From Lepidodermella squamata (Eukaryota > Animalia > Gastrotricha), in NCBI GenBank assembly GCA_047495785.1, contig JBLDXI010000007.1, positions 2,046,001 through 2,110,000 on the forward strand: DNA of 64,000 nucleotides, read 5' to 3'. The position numbers and the translations under genes are program-made. The notes under the pieces were generated by a model that saw nothing but the letters and a program-made list of their open reading frames with translations, had not been told where the DNA came from and did not search any database. Of the stretch, positions 1-13,100 are shown piece after piece (the first letter of the stretch is position 1; every line of letters begins with the position of its first letter).

Positions 1-1
1 T

Positions 2-772
2 GATAAATCGAATGTTCAAGACCATTTCACGCGGCTGGGCGCTTCGTATGTCGTCGGCGGGTTTTTCGGCCCGTTTGTCAGCATGCTGTCCACCTTAATC
101 AAGAACGAAAAGGTTCGAGGTGGCTTCATCAAATCGACCGCGCCTTTCAATGAATTTTCATTCTATGTCCATTTGATGGCGATGTATTTCGCGATTTATG
201 ACACGAAAGAATCGTCGCCTTGTGAAGAATTTACTCATGCTTTTACGCAATTGATGTGTGAACCTTGGTTCATTGAAAAATTCGAAAATTCGGGCCGAAG
301 CAATATTAATCATGCTTTATCTATGCTATCCTGCATTAGTTCGCTTCTTCTTCAGAGTCGAATTGAGGTGAATCGACTTCAAAAAGCGCCTTATGCGTCT
401 TTCCACCGAGTTTGGATGAAATTATCTGAAAATTCGAAAATTCGCGTTGAGATGGCTGACCGTCCTGGCGTTTGGCTTCACCTCATTTCTCGCCTTGGTT
501 ATTCGGCTAAGCACATTTCGCTGTACAACACGGTTTCGCATCATCGCAGCCACCTTGAAGACACTCTGTTGGTTTTGAAAAATATTTCTCAACCGGAAAT
601 TATTGCTATTGGCGATGCGCCTGGTGCTCGTGACAGCCTTGAAGAATCTCTGACTGTTCTGCTCAATTTCAAATGTGCCAATACGGAAGTGAAAATTTAT
701 TTTGACAATATTGTTAAACTTGCGACTGAGTTGAAATCTCGTTTATTTGAATCATCAGCTGGTGCTGTTTAA
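2..772 (+). CDS. TPR/helical-repeat family paralog 1 (5'-partial, runs off window; shorter C-terminus than its paralogs)
   Basis: Frame is open from position 2 (DKSNVQDHFTRLG..GGFFGPF). It shares APFNEFSFYVHL, CEPWF, PYASF..W, RPGVWLH and HLEDTL with the downstream paralogs. Confidence 0.85.
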   Translation, partial: DKSNVQDHFTRLGASYVVGGFFGPFVSMLSTLIKNEKVRGGFIKSTAPFNEFSFYVHLMAMYFAIYDTKESSPCEEFTHAFTQLMCEPWFIEKFENSGRSNINHALSMLSCISSLLLQSRIEVNRLQKAPYASFHRVWMKLSENSKIRVEMADRPGVWLHLISRLGYSAKHISLYNTVSHHRSHLEDTLLVLKNISQPEIIAIGDAPGARDSLEESLTVLLNFKCANTEVKIYFDNIVKLATELKSRLFESSAGAV

Positions 773-840
773 ATTTTTTCTGACAATATTTTCCGGCTAT
801 GATTTATTTTCTATTTTTTTCGATAGATTTTTTATTCGGA

Positions 841-3800
841 ATGGATTATTTGGCTACGTTGTACGGACCAGTTTTTGACTATGAGGCTATTGTGAAGGAG
901 AAAATCGTCCGCCCGCCGGTTGATACCACTGATAATTTGAAGCTGATTTCCAAAGTCGACTGTGCGAATGAAGTCAACGATTTCAACACCCATACATGTG
1001 AGTTGCCATTTTTTATAACTTTTCCGATGTTTTGCGATTCCTCTCTTGATCACTATAAGGTTGTACTCTTTAAATATGAGATTTTAAAATATATCAGAAT
1101 TTTGAACCTGTCTGGCGATTCTCCTGAGCCAAGAGAACTTCCTTTGTTGTGTATCGAGTGCTCGGAAAGTGTCGCACCCAGGGATTAAACCCGGGCTGCC
1201 TTTCTGAGAAGGAACTTCCTCGAGGTCGGGGTAGTTGCGTTGGCTCATTTGTCTATTTCTGGAGCGGTTTATTTTTGGGCCATGGAAAATTGTTTTCTTC
1301 CATGTTTTGAACTTGCACGCGTTCTCGACGAATTCGCCTTCAGTCCCTTCTCTCCTGATCCAGTACAGATTTTGACCTGCGGGTCGAACGATAGAATAGG
1401 GTCCGTCGTAACGATCTTCGAACTTTCCAGATAGGCCAGGATTTATCCGACGCCGAGCCATGTCACCGGGTTGGTAACTGATATCACTGGCGCCTACGTC
1501 CCAAGTGGCTTTTCGCTTTGCCTCGGCCTTAAATTGAAAATTTAATTTGAATTAAATAAAAACTAGTTGAAAGTTACTAGTTAAAAAATCTGCCTTAATT
1601 CCGTAGCTAATGTGTGCGGTCATTTTTGTGAGGATTTTTAATAACAGCACTTTTGAATTTGTAAAGAATGAGCAGTAACACAGCCACTGTTCAGGTGGAG
1701 TGATGTCGGATGAGTTTGCTGGCATGCAAAGAGATCATTTAGTTGGTCGCAGAATAAGGAGGCGTCGTTTGCTCGTTTCCGTGCTGATGTATATTTCGAA
1801 GGAAAACCTCGACCATGAGCTGGATTGACGCTCATCGATGTATCTCAGCAAGTTTTATATTCAATCGAAGATATCTTTTAAATACGAAATTAACGAGGGT
1901 ACTCCGTAAAATGGAATAATCGATTCTACGCCCATCAAATAAGCATCACGTTGATCGTTTGAGCCGTTCATTTTGCTACAACTTGCTTCTACGTATCGGA
2001 ATGCAGCAGCGGCAGGGTTGTGAAAAGGCTTCTCAGTTCAAGTTGAGTTCATATATCAGGATCATATTGAAAGTGACATTCAAACCAGATGTTCTTCTCA
2101 ACCCTTATTCGCTCGAGAAGGTCAAGGCTCATGCTACAAAAACAGGCAAGCAGACTCGCAAATCTCACAGGAAGCATCGCTGTCAGTCGATGAATCGCTT
2201 GAATTCTTGAGAATCGAGCTCGAGTGGTTCGAGTGTGTCGCATTCGAACTGATTTGTATCGTAAATTTGCTCATAGCTTTCGAAATTGGATGGTAGATGC
2301 GGTAAATTGGCTATGCTTAGGTTTGACGAGGCGCTCGGGTGATCGAACGCAGTTGAGGTTGATGGGTGATCAAATACGGCCGAGATCGAGACTGGTCAAA
2401 TACGATCGTTTGTAGGCTGGTTGAACGAATGCGACGGTAGCTGGTGGCAAGCCAAGGCGAGTAGATTTCTAGACCAATTCAATTTTGAATTTTGCCAGGT
2501 TATCAAGGCGGCAAAATTCGCAACTAGAATAGCATGCTCGAGCTCCTCCCGCAGGAGACGAAGCCGATTCACGAACAACTTTTGCTTTAGATAGTGTTAA
2601 TGGTTTAGGCACACGGCGAAGATTGCCAATGACCTTGGTACGAGTCATAGCGATGATAGACACGCGACGCAAAATGAATACTAAATCGATTTTATGGCCA
2701 ACAGATTGGCCTTGACAATAAGCGCAAAAGCTCTATGTTGATTAAAGGGAATGACCTGGTTCGAAAGACACTCTGTCAGCTATCAGACTGAAATAAATAC
2801 CAAAATAATGAGTAGGTTGTAAGAAATAAAAAGACTAGAATGACCGAGACTGAACACTTTTATTATTATTTCCAAGCCATTAATATAGGGTGAAATTCCC
2901 GCCACTATTATTATTAACAATATGAATGAAAAGTTGGCACGCGATCTTGGTCAGGATGAGAAAGCACGTTTGGCTAGAGACCAACCTCACAAGTCTTCAG
3001 TCAATTTGAATAGAGATGAAATTTCGTTTGATAAATGACATGAAACAAGAAATCTCGGTTATAGATTGTGTTGAAAATAGTTCCACAAGTACCGTTTTTA
3101 TGGTCAGAGAGAAACGCGAGACTTGTCGATTTCGAATTACGTTGTAATCATGATCGCTAATGCCGTGACAAAAAGCCATATCCAGGAAAAATCTGTCGTT
3201 CCAATTTAGCATCTTGCAAAGAGGGAGGATATCTGCGGCTAGCTTTACTGGAACTTTTCTAATGATTATGACATTGAGTGTAAAATAGCGTATTTCTTCG
3301 ACTACTGTAAAATATTTCTGGTGATTGTTTATTTTTCGTTTTAGCTTTGGATTTGACTGGCGGTGGATCTCCATCAGAGCGGGCTAAAAAATCCGAAGAG
3401 TTGCGCAATAAAGGCAACGATCTCTACAACGAAGGCAAGCACGCCGAGGCTATTGAATTCTACAAGAAAGCCATGGCCGAATCCGCTATGGACCTTCGAA
3501 ACTACACAAACACCGCTATTTGCTACACGGCAATGGGTCTTAACGAGGAGGCCCTGTCGTACCTGAACGTGGCGGGTGATAACCAACCAGGTTCTCTGAA
3601 AGGAAACCTACTAGTCGTCCGAAATCTATGCAACATGGGCTATGTTGAGGCGGCTCGTAAGCATGTTCAAATGCGAATTGACGCCATTCACCCAGCTGAG
3701 CGAGCCGAGTTCCGCAAAGAGGCCGAAGCTTTGATTAAGGCGGTTCCGAAGGACAAAATCAAGAAACTCGACAAGAAAGACTACAAAGAATGCGAGCCCC

Positions 3801-6800
3801 GTTTCTTCTCGTCCGACGAACGATCCGCAGAGGTTTACCGATTCCTAAACGAACATATGTCACTCAATTACGATTACGATGAAACTATGTCAGTTGCGAT
3901 TAACTCATTCAAGCGAACCCCGCATACTCGTGAGTTTTTCGAAAATCCCGAAAAATTCATTCTGGAACAAGACGCTGGTCAGTGCTTGTTCATCGGCCTC
4001 ATGATGACTCATCTCCAGATGCTGATTCACAACCAGGTTGAAGTCGCCGAAGTTCTTTTCATCCAACTGCCTGGTTTTGCCGATTTCTTCTCCCGCATTG
4101 GTTACGCCGCGACGAAGCGAGCGAATATTCAGAATAATTACCTGCGTTTTGGCTGGCGAATTCCTGGCGGCGGGTTTTTCGGGCCTTTTACGTACTGTAT
4201 CGGTAAGGCGAGTCAAAGTTCAGTTGTGAGGAATTCGGTTTTCAAGACCAAGGCGCCTTTCAATGATTTTTCGTTCTACACGCATCTGCTGGCAATGCAA
4301 GGGGCGATTTACAGCACTCGTGATTCGCCTGATAACTACATGATTGCTGAATCTCTGGCGAACTTATTTTGCGAATCGTGGTTTATCGATAAGTTGAAAG
4401 CGACCCCGGACGAAGAGTTGGAGCATCCGATTTCGATGTTGGCTACGACGAGTACGCTGCTGATGTTCAGTCGCGGTGACATGAATGTCTGCATCCACCC
4501 ACCATATGCTTCGTTCCTTCCATTCTGGGTGAAAATATCAGGTAATTTGGCTATTACGTGGGATGACACTAAAAGAATCGGTATGAGACTACTGTTCGTT
4601 ATGATAACGCTCAATTTAAGGGAAATGTTATCAGCCGGGAAATTTCCAACTATATAGGCCATACGTTGCTAAGAAACTTGAAATAGAAAATATTGAACTA
4701 TCAAAAATGCGTAGAATTAATATTCAATACAAAACATATCAACATTTTAACCCGTTATGGACCGCACCCATGTCCCGCTGTCAGATTGGCTTGAGACTTT
4801 GCGAATTTGGATGGATTATTTACAATAGAATCAATTTTTTGTTAGCGCGGTATACTGAAAGCTCAGAAAAGACGTGCCAATACTGTAGAGCGCGTTTGTG
4901 TTTCCACTGTCTGTACAGAGGATGTAGTAGACATGCGAGCTGAACAAGCCATTTTCCTGACTTGAGCGTCGGCTTCTCTGGCAGCGGCGCATATACTCCA
5001 AGCGGGATTGGAGCACCGCGAAATCGCCGACTAACGTGGTGGGCTAAGCGCGAGTGGAGTGCAGAAAGGAGAAGGTGCGGCTATTGACCGTGTTGAATTT
5101 GAAAGCTATGGCCTGAATCGCCCAAAGATGACCTTAAGTGACCGGGCTTAGAGTGCGGCTCGGTGGACATGATAAAGCGTGACAGAAGCGAGAAAGGGAG
5201 ATAGACGGGAGCACGAGTCGATTCGCGATTGCCGATGCACCAAATGTTGCGGTGACGAATAAAACAAAAGCCGACTCAGAAACAGAAAACGCTTATTTTT
5301 TTTGCGTCAAAACTTGCCACGCGGGTTCTATAACGGCCGATCGAGGTCTGTGTAGACGAGAGCATCCGGCTGCTGAAACGCGGCTTTTAAGGCTACTTAA
5401 CGAGCGTTCACACTCATCAGACCAGGCTAAAGGCACGGCGGTCAGGTATGTCCGGCGTAGCGAAGTCCGACAAATGGGGCCTGAACCGTTTAACTAAAGT
5501 AAGGTTAATTAGCATAACCAGCACAACTATACCCTTCGAGACTAAACCTCGCAGTGTGTATGGCGAATACATACTGAGGTAGAATGTGATAAAAGAATTT
5601 TAAAAAGAAACTCTTTTCGTGTTTGGTTTTGCTTGAACGGCTCACATTCATAATCGCGAAGTGCGACACAGAAATTTCCGTTGAAAATAAAAAATAAGAA
5701 ACCGAAACAGCGACTAACTTCGGCGGAAACCAACTGAACAACAGTGGCGCTGTCATCGTCGCCGCATTATAATGGGCCAAGCCTGCCATACCACAAGTAA
5801 AGATCTTTTTATGCCGAGGTCACCTCCGAGATAGAAAACACTGTCTCGTCGCAGATTAAATCTTGAAAAAGTCCCACGTCACCAAGGCAGATACAGTAAA
5901 GAAAGCCAGGCGCTGCGTCCTTGGCGGTATCGTAGTCACGCAGTTCATCGAGCTCGGAAACGCATTAATTGCTAAAAACATCAACCCATTGGCAAGTTCA
6001 GGAACGCCGGGGGAACAGCGCACCTTTCCGTAAATTTCCAAAAATTTCATAGTTCATGGTTTACGCAGTGTATAGTTGTGTATAGTGTATAGTTGTTTTT
6101 TTTTATAGGGAGCATTTTATAGGGAGTGGTATAAATAGACTATTGATAGGTCACGTTAACGTCGCATAACCGTCGCAGAAGAATTTCTTTTCCGCCTTGG
6201 CCTTGTTCGCACAAAATCCAATCAGCTTCTCTGCACACTAAAATTGTAAATATTTAAAAATCTTGAAATTGTTAACAATTATATCGAATCGAACACTTTG
6301 TGTAGCAATTATAAAATATAATCGAGTCAATTGAAATTCGGAAATTAAATACAGCGCATTAAAATATGAAAATCCTTAAATAGAAATTGAGCTTGTTTAC
6401 TAACCTTGTACAGTCCAAAGGAAACTTTGAAAACGGGATCTTACAGTTTGATTGTATCTTATCGTTTGAAGACATCCACATTTCTCTAACTTATTTAAAT
6501 GTTTCTTTTTCGTTTTATTAGGCATCGAGAAATTGCGCCTGGTCATGATCCGCCGACCTGGCATTTGGCTGCACTTCGCAACCCGACTCAAATTTGCGGC
6601 ATTCAATTTCGCCCACTGCGACAACCGTGGCCTGCACCGTAAACACCTTGAAGAAACTCTGGTTGTCCTGAAAAATCTGTTCAACGGTCCTATTGAGCAG
6701 CCGATCTTCGAAGAATACGAAAAAACGCTGAAGCGCTTCAGATCCGGCTTGATCCCACTTCTCGGTAAATTCCGCGGCGGGTCAGCATTTTTCCCAGACC

Positions 6801-7450
6801 CAGTTCTCATCGGCGCTTTAACTACTCTGAAAGGTCTTACAAAACTCAGTACGAAATTTTCGGAAATTTTACTCGAAAAAGACAAAAAAGTTCTGCAAAA
6901 TTTGGTCGCTATCGCCGGTGGTATTGATCGTAGCGATATTGCTAGTCTAGCGACTTGTTGCTTCGCAAATTTGACTGCTCAATGCGATTCGAAGAAAATT
7001 GTGTTGGCGATGAAATGTGATAAATTTCCGTTATTTGCTAAACGCCTTGGCTCGTTTTTGACCGGGGGCAACTCGAAAAATGCTGAAAAAATCGAGGGTG
7101 TTGCTATTGAAGTTCTGCTCAACCTTATTCGAATCGCCTCAAAATCTGAAACTGGTGACGAACTGGGCCGACTCCTCGATAGCCTGTCTGTTTTGAAGGC
7201 CAAAGTTCTGATGGAAGGCCTTGTTCGTTTCATCCGAAGTGACCCGCTTCTTAACGAGAAAAAGTCGGCGATTCTGCTGATTGCTCACCTGATTTCGGCT
7301 CGCGATGAATTTTCGGAGGCAAGTCGCCGCTTGAGTCACGATTTGTCATCGAGCCTCGTCGAAATCGCGAATGATGTGAAGAAATTGTGCGAATCTGAGA
7401 TGGATCGGAAACTCTGCGAGTGTATTAGCAATGTTTCTAATACCGCATGA
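841..7450 (+). CDS. TPR/helical-repeat family paralog 2, ~760 aa; exons 841-997, 3345-4541, 6522-7450
   Basis: Both GT-AG junctions are phase-compatible (T|GTGAGT..TTTTAG|CT; G|GTAATT..TTATTAG|GC). N-terminal TPR triplet (LRNKGNDLY..AIEFYKKA..YTNTAICY) plus family motifs APFNDFSFY, LFCESWF, PPYASFLPFW, RPGIWLH, HLEETL. Confidence 0.85.
1084..1530 (-). mobile_element. Ty3/gypsy LTR-retrotransposon integrase C-terminal fragment in intron 1 of paralog 2
   Basis: Translation ..YQPGDMARRR..KFEDRYDGPYSIVR...NLYWI matches the GPY/F integrase C-terminal module. Confidence 0.75.
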
Positions 7451-7571
7451 GATTAACTTTGCTCAAAGAACATGTTTTCTTTCGTGATCATGGTCAAATT
7501 TGAAATTTGAATATAAAAACTCGATTTGTAATATTCACGTTAATTTTCCATACTAGGTTTTTATCCGGAAA

Positions 7572-9972
7572 ATGGATAATTTTGCGAAGTTGTTCGGTAA
7601 CCCTTTCGATTATGAAGGACTCATCTCAGGCCGAGTTCAGCCAACCTTGCTCGATACTAAGGAGCCATTGAATATTCTGAAGAAAATCTCGCCGAAAGAA
7701 TTGCCTCAATCAATGATTAATTTATGCGAAAAACTGAGTGAGTTCAATTGCAAATTTTAAGGTGGCATTTTTCATGGTCAAAATGTTTATTTCAGGGGAC
7801 GATCTTGGAGGCGGTGTATCTTCAGCGCAGAAAAAAATGGAAGCGAATCGTTATCGCGAGGATGGAAATGCTTTGTTCAAAGCCGGAAAAATCGAAGAAG
7901 CCCTGGAATGCTATAACAAAGCCATCAAACTCGACCCAAGAGATAGCCGCCATTTCACAAATGCTGCAATCTGCCTCAACACCTTGGAGCGTTACTATGA
8001 AACCATGGCTCTGCTTGAAGCTGTGAGCGAATCTCATGGCGAAAATATCAAAATGCACTTGCTTTTCGTTCGAGCCGCTTGCAATCTCGGCTATCCTGAT
8101 TACGCTAAAATTTACATGACTGCTCTTATGGAAACGGTGCCCCTCGAAAAGAGGGCTGAATTTGTGAAGGAAGCCGGCGAATTGTTGAAGAATGCTGTCA
8201 AAGATGAAAGCAAGCGGTTTGGAGCTCAGCTCATTCAAGATATAGAGGAAGAACTGCTGGACGAAGCCGGGACATTGCCGCCTGCTAAGTATCATTTCGA
8301 CCTGCAAATACACACGACATTGATTGATGACCATGTTCCAGATGGAAGTCGCAATTACGTGGCATATTTCTTGAAAATCATGAAGCATACGCCGTATATT
8401 CGTCAATTTATCGCTGATCCGCTCAGTTCGATTAAGAAGATGACGCCGGATGAAGGGCTTTTCGTCGCGACTTTCACGTGTCACATTGGAGCGTATATCA
8501 CCGACCATCCCGATAAGGCTCAGGCATTTATCGACGAGCCGATTTTCACCGATTTTCTCATCAATTTGGCCATGATTTGCACGAATCGATCGGTTATGGG
8601 TGACTATGCCGAGCGATTGGGGGAACTTTACGTTTCCAGGAGTTTTTTCGGGAATTTCGAGAAAATTCTCACCGGTTTGATCAAAATCCCATCTATTCGC
8701 AACAAGTTCATGAAGGAAATCGCGCCTTTCAACGATTTCACGTTCTATTGCCATTTGTTAGCTATGCACTTGGCAGTATTTCCACCATTTGAATCACAAT
8801 ACGCCATACTTGTTGCACAATCGTTCACCCTGCTATTCTGCGAAGATTGGTTTTTGGCAAAAATTGAAAAAGGTCACCGACCTATGGCTCATTTTTCACT
8901 GTCTCTCCTCGCCAATGTTTCTACAATTTTTTCACTTTGCCGCAAAACGATGGCTGATATTCAAAAACCTCCCTTCCCGTCTTTCATGCCATTCTGGCTC
9001 GTCGCTTCAGCCAGGCCGAAATTGATTGCTATAATGGCTAATCGACCAGGCGTTTGGCATCATTTCGGAATAATGTTCAAAAACGCGGCTCGATATTTGT
9101 TTCCGAACTCGCCCGACACCCAACGCGACTTGTTCCTTCAAGTTTTGACCGTTTTGAAGCGAATCGTCGATGTTGAACCTAGCGAAGATCAAGAGGAGCA
9201 TTTTTTCTTCGAAAATTTCGAAACCCGCGAAAATCTAGCTGTTTACGCCGGGAATTTGCTGTTCGTCGAAAATGATTTCGGCTCGAAACCGTTCGAGAAA
9301 AAAATGTGGCGGTTGCTTTTTCAAATTCTGGCAAAGCTGTTCCTCCGATCCTCAGATTTCGGCAGCCTTTTCATGTGCGATGACGCTGATCCGATGCTGC
9401 AAAAACTTTGCCAAATGCTTCCGCTGCCTAAGGAAGACATCGAAACGCACGAGGCAATTTTAGCGTGTCTATCGAATCTTCTTCGCTATCGATGGGAGGA
9501 GAAGAATGAAAAATTGCTGAACGATCCGAAATTGGCGGATTACTTGAAAGTCGCTACGACATCGCTGTTTGACGAGTCAGATTTCGGCGAGAGTGAAAAT
9601 TTGTCGAGCTGCCAAATTGATTCAATTTGCATTATTTATACTCTTTCTGAGCTGAAATGCGGTAAGAATCGAACAAGTCCGCTAATCCCAGCCCTGAAAT
9701 CGCTTGGAATTTCGGATCTTGTCAACGCAATTGGTCGATTTATTAAAAAGGCCCATGCTAAGGAAGATCACGAGAAGGGGCTTTGCTATCATATTCCGAC
9801 CCGGGCTTTAGCTGACCTGGTCGCCAAATTTCCGGAAGTTTTCAGCGATGCGTGTCGTAATATGGAGCGTGATTTCAAGAAAGAAGTCCTGGCTACATCT
9901 CAAGGCATGTCGGCTTATCGCACTGAGGAGAATCGTAATTTGAACAACCTTATCAAAGTTCTGAAAGCTTAA
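7572..9972 (+). CDS. TPR/helical-repeat family paralog 3, ~780 aa; exons 7572-7737, 7796-9972
   Basis: A 58-nt phase-1 intron (A|GTGAGT..TTTCAG|GG) joins the exons. TPR (REDGNALFKAGKIEEALECYNKAI..FTNAAIC) and all family motifs are present. Confidence 0.9.
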
Positions 9973-10102
9973 CAAGTGTAATTTCTTATCAATGTTTTGT
10001 ATGAGTAATTGTTGGTTGATGTTTTCATGTAATATCTTGCTTGATACCTAATAATCAATATTAATCGCTCAATATTTTAATTTTTTAGAATTTGTTAGTG
10101 AA

Positions 10103-13100
10103 ATGCGTTATTTTAACGCACTTTTTGGTACTGGTCTTGATTTCGAGGCGTGGGAAAATGAAGCTGAATGTCCCAACCCGGTTGATACTCACGAAAATTT
10201 CCGGTTGCTATGCACCAAGTTCAACAATCCCGAGGTCGAAGATATCTCCATGATTCACGTCAAAATGGGTATGCAATTTCATTTTATTCGTCAAATTAAT
10301 TTTTCAAGTTTTTGGGGTTTGGGGTCAGTTTTTATATATTGCCGGTATATTGCTCCTCGACCATTAAATATGAGGTCGAGCCAACACCAGCGCCTGTAGT
10401 TGCGATGTTGACCATGTTTGTGCCCGGGCACATGCCGAGGTTTAAGGCGACCGTTATCGGACCGGCCGCAAATTGAGTAGTGCATGTGCCTTCGACCACT
10501 CGAGGGATATCGTACCAGTAACCGGCCGAGGTTCGCCACTGCAAAACCATGGCTTGAATTCGATTGCTCGCACACTCTACTCCGTTGAACGTAATAAACC
10601 TTCCGAAGTAAAACATTATTTTTCGAAATTAATGTTGAAAATTCCATTTACCATCTTTCACATTCATTTTGAGAGCCCACGTTTAGATTTTTGAAATTTG
10701 TAGTTCCGTACCATTTAACGTGAAGGCTCGAAGCAGTTTGAAGTTTGTTGTAGGTCATGGTCTAAATTAACGAACTAATTAAAAAAATAGGGTAATTTTT
10801 TGGGGTTATACGTGAATAGCTTTAAAGCATGTCGTGCCGGCTGACATGCAACCACTCGTGAAAACAGCGTATTGCCTGTTGTAATTCGGCAGGCGGACCA
10901 ACTGACCGTCAGGCATGAGTAGCGAACTTATAGGCAGACTTTCGTGGATCTCTTCAACAATCATGTGGGCCTCTTTCAAGCGGCCAATGTCGTATTTCCA
11001 GGATGCCATATTATTGGGGCAGCCAATGCCACCCCCACATTGGCAATCGAACCAGAGGGCGATGTCGTACTTACCAGCCGGTATATTTCTACAAATGCCG
11101 TCGACTGTTTAAAAAAATTATTTTTATAAATTTTGAATTAGCACATTTCAATTTTCAATTTTTGAATAATATTATTTTCGAAATTTTTCGAAATTTAATG
11201 TTGAAGCGTTAACCTGGAACCGATCTCGCTCCGGGATCTGGGCGATCGCTACCGGTGGAGGAATAAGCCACATGAAAACTGGCTTCAATGGGGGCCGGAT
11301 CGCGGCATATTTGATCGTTGATCGTGAAGTAGAATCGCAGACAATGGTCGTTGAAATCATAATAAACCATGCCGGACCAGTAGATTCGCAGGGTTGAGGA
11401 ATCACTCCTCTTCTTGTAGCGCGTTGTTTTCTTGAAAAGCGTTAAAAATTATTGATTTCAGGTAATTGAGCAATGAAAAACTTGCAAAGCGTGTCATTCC
11501 ATAGGCCAACTCCGAAATTGTGTTAGATTGTGTTGAAACAGTGTTATAAACGGTCAGAGCTTGGCATCGAACTGAGTCGTCTGTTTTAAAATATATAAAG
11601 ATATTTTTTTAGCGTATTTTATTTTTTACCTAATTTCATAAGGTAGTCAGCCGAAACAAATTCTTCGAACTGGTAAGAAATCACATTCCAAGGGGCCCCG
11701 ACTGAAGTAAAGTCGTTGATAAGTATTGTACGGGTCCAATACATAGTCGTTGCTAGCACAATATCGATATTAACCGTACCGCTTGGAAACTCCGTAGATG
11801 TGCATGTGTGCTCATCTGCAGCAAAATCACATCGGTTTTTCGGGTGGCACAATTTAGCCAATAAATTTACCATGATAGTTTTCGCTTATGTAGGCTGTTG
11901 CAAATCCATGTCTTACATCCCGACCCCTGAATCAAAATTTAATCTTCAGACTGCATCTTTATTAAGTATTTACTTACATGATATGACGAATTCCTTGCTC
12001 ACCTGCGCAATCGGATCCATTGATGCGAACGAAAAAAATGAACCTATCCTCTGAATTGACACCAGATCCTGCGTCTTTCATGACAAACGAAAAGTCCATG
12101 GTCACTTTTATGTGCGTGAAATCGTGCCGTTTTGTGAACGAGAACGACTGTCATTCGATTTGAAAAGTTTTATAGCGCTAGAGAATTGAAAAAACCTACT
12201 TGAAACGCAGCTACGACACCCGAGGGGTAGGTGAAGCCTCCGGTTTGGTAGAACGCTGGTAGCACTCGCCTTGGATAGTCAAAACAACCGGATTCTTCAC
12301 CTTTAATAAAAATTGAAATTATTTATACGTCCCCATTTTACCAAAATTCCGTTTTTCAATGAAACTAGGTCTCGCAGCTGGAATAGCTAATTGTGCGTGT
12401 TTTTTGTGAAATTTCCAGATCTGAATTTCAATATCCAACACAATACTTTCGATTATTTATTTTTTTCCAAGTTTCCAAGCTCTTACGCTCAATTACGGCT
12501 TTTTATATTTTTGGAAGTGGCTATTTGCACCCTACTCGGGTACAACAAAGTTGCTCCGTGTACCCGGTGGGTACAATCAAGTTGCTATGTGCACCCGCTA
12601 TTAATATAGTATCATGTCTATTTCGTGCAGAGGAAAGTCATCATACTGTTGGTTTGAAGTTGATAGTGTACATAGTTAGGCATGATAATGCTCAGAAAAA
12701 TGATTTGTCAGTTTTTGCGGAAGATGTACGTAGGTCATTTTCAGAAAAATTAACTGCTTGCGTAACTGAAATCCGTGAAAAATCTGTCTCAAATCTCAAG
12801 GGGGGGGGGGGGGTCAGACTAGTGTGCGAAGTAGGATCCTGGAACTAAGGTATTTTCCAACACTCAGCCGAAAATCCCAAAGGCCCCTCCTGTGGTTTTC
12901 TCACCCTTCCTTTGTTTAGAATCCCGGAGCTGGGGTGTTGCGACACCCCAGCACCCCTGTACGTCGCTCCGCCTGTACTTCGCACCCTTAGAAGGCCTTC
13001 GATCTTCGCCTAATAACTTGGTACTTACTGTCAATCCAAGAGTGATTTCGTCAAATTCGAAGGATGTCGAGTTCGAAAAATCATTTGGAATCATCATCTC

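Noticed and set aside
1600-2900. Coding-like sequence in intron 1 of paralog 2
   Set aside because: All frames are interrupted and no family was recognisable; probably TE debris.
4923-5320. Possible solo LTR (starts TGTAG, contains AATAAA)
   Set aside because: No TSD, second LTR or PBS could be identified.
7822-8754. 310-aa minus-strand ORF
   Set aside because: Antisense shadow of TPR paralog 3 with no recognisable motifs. The same applies to most short ORFs opposite real exons.
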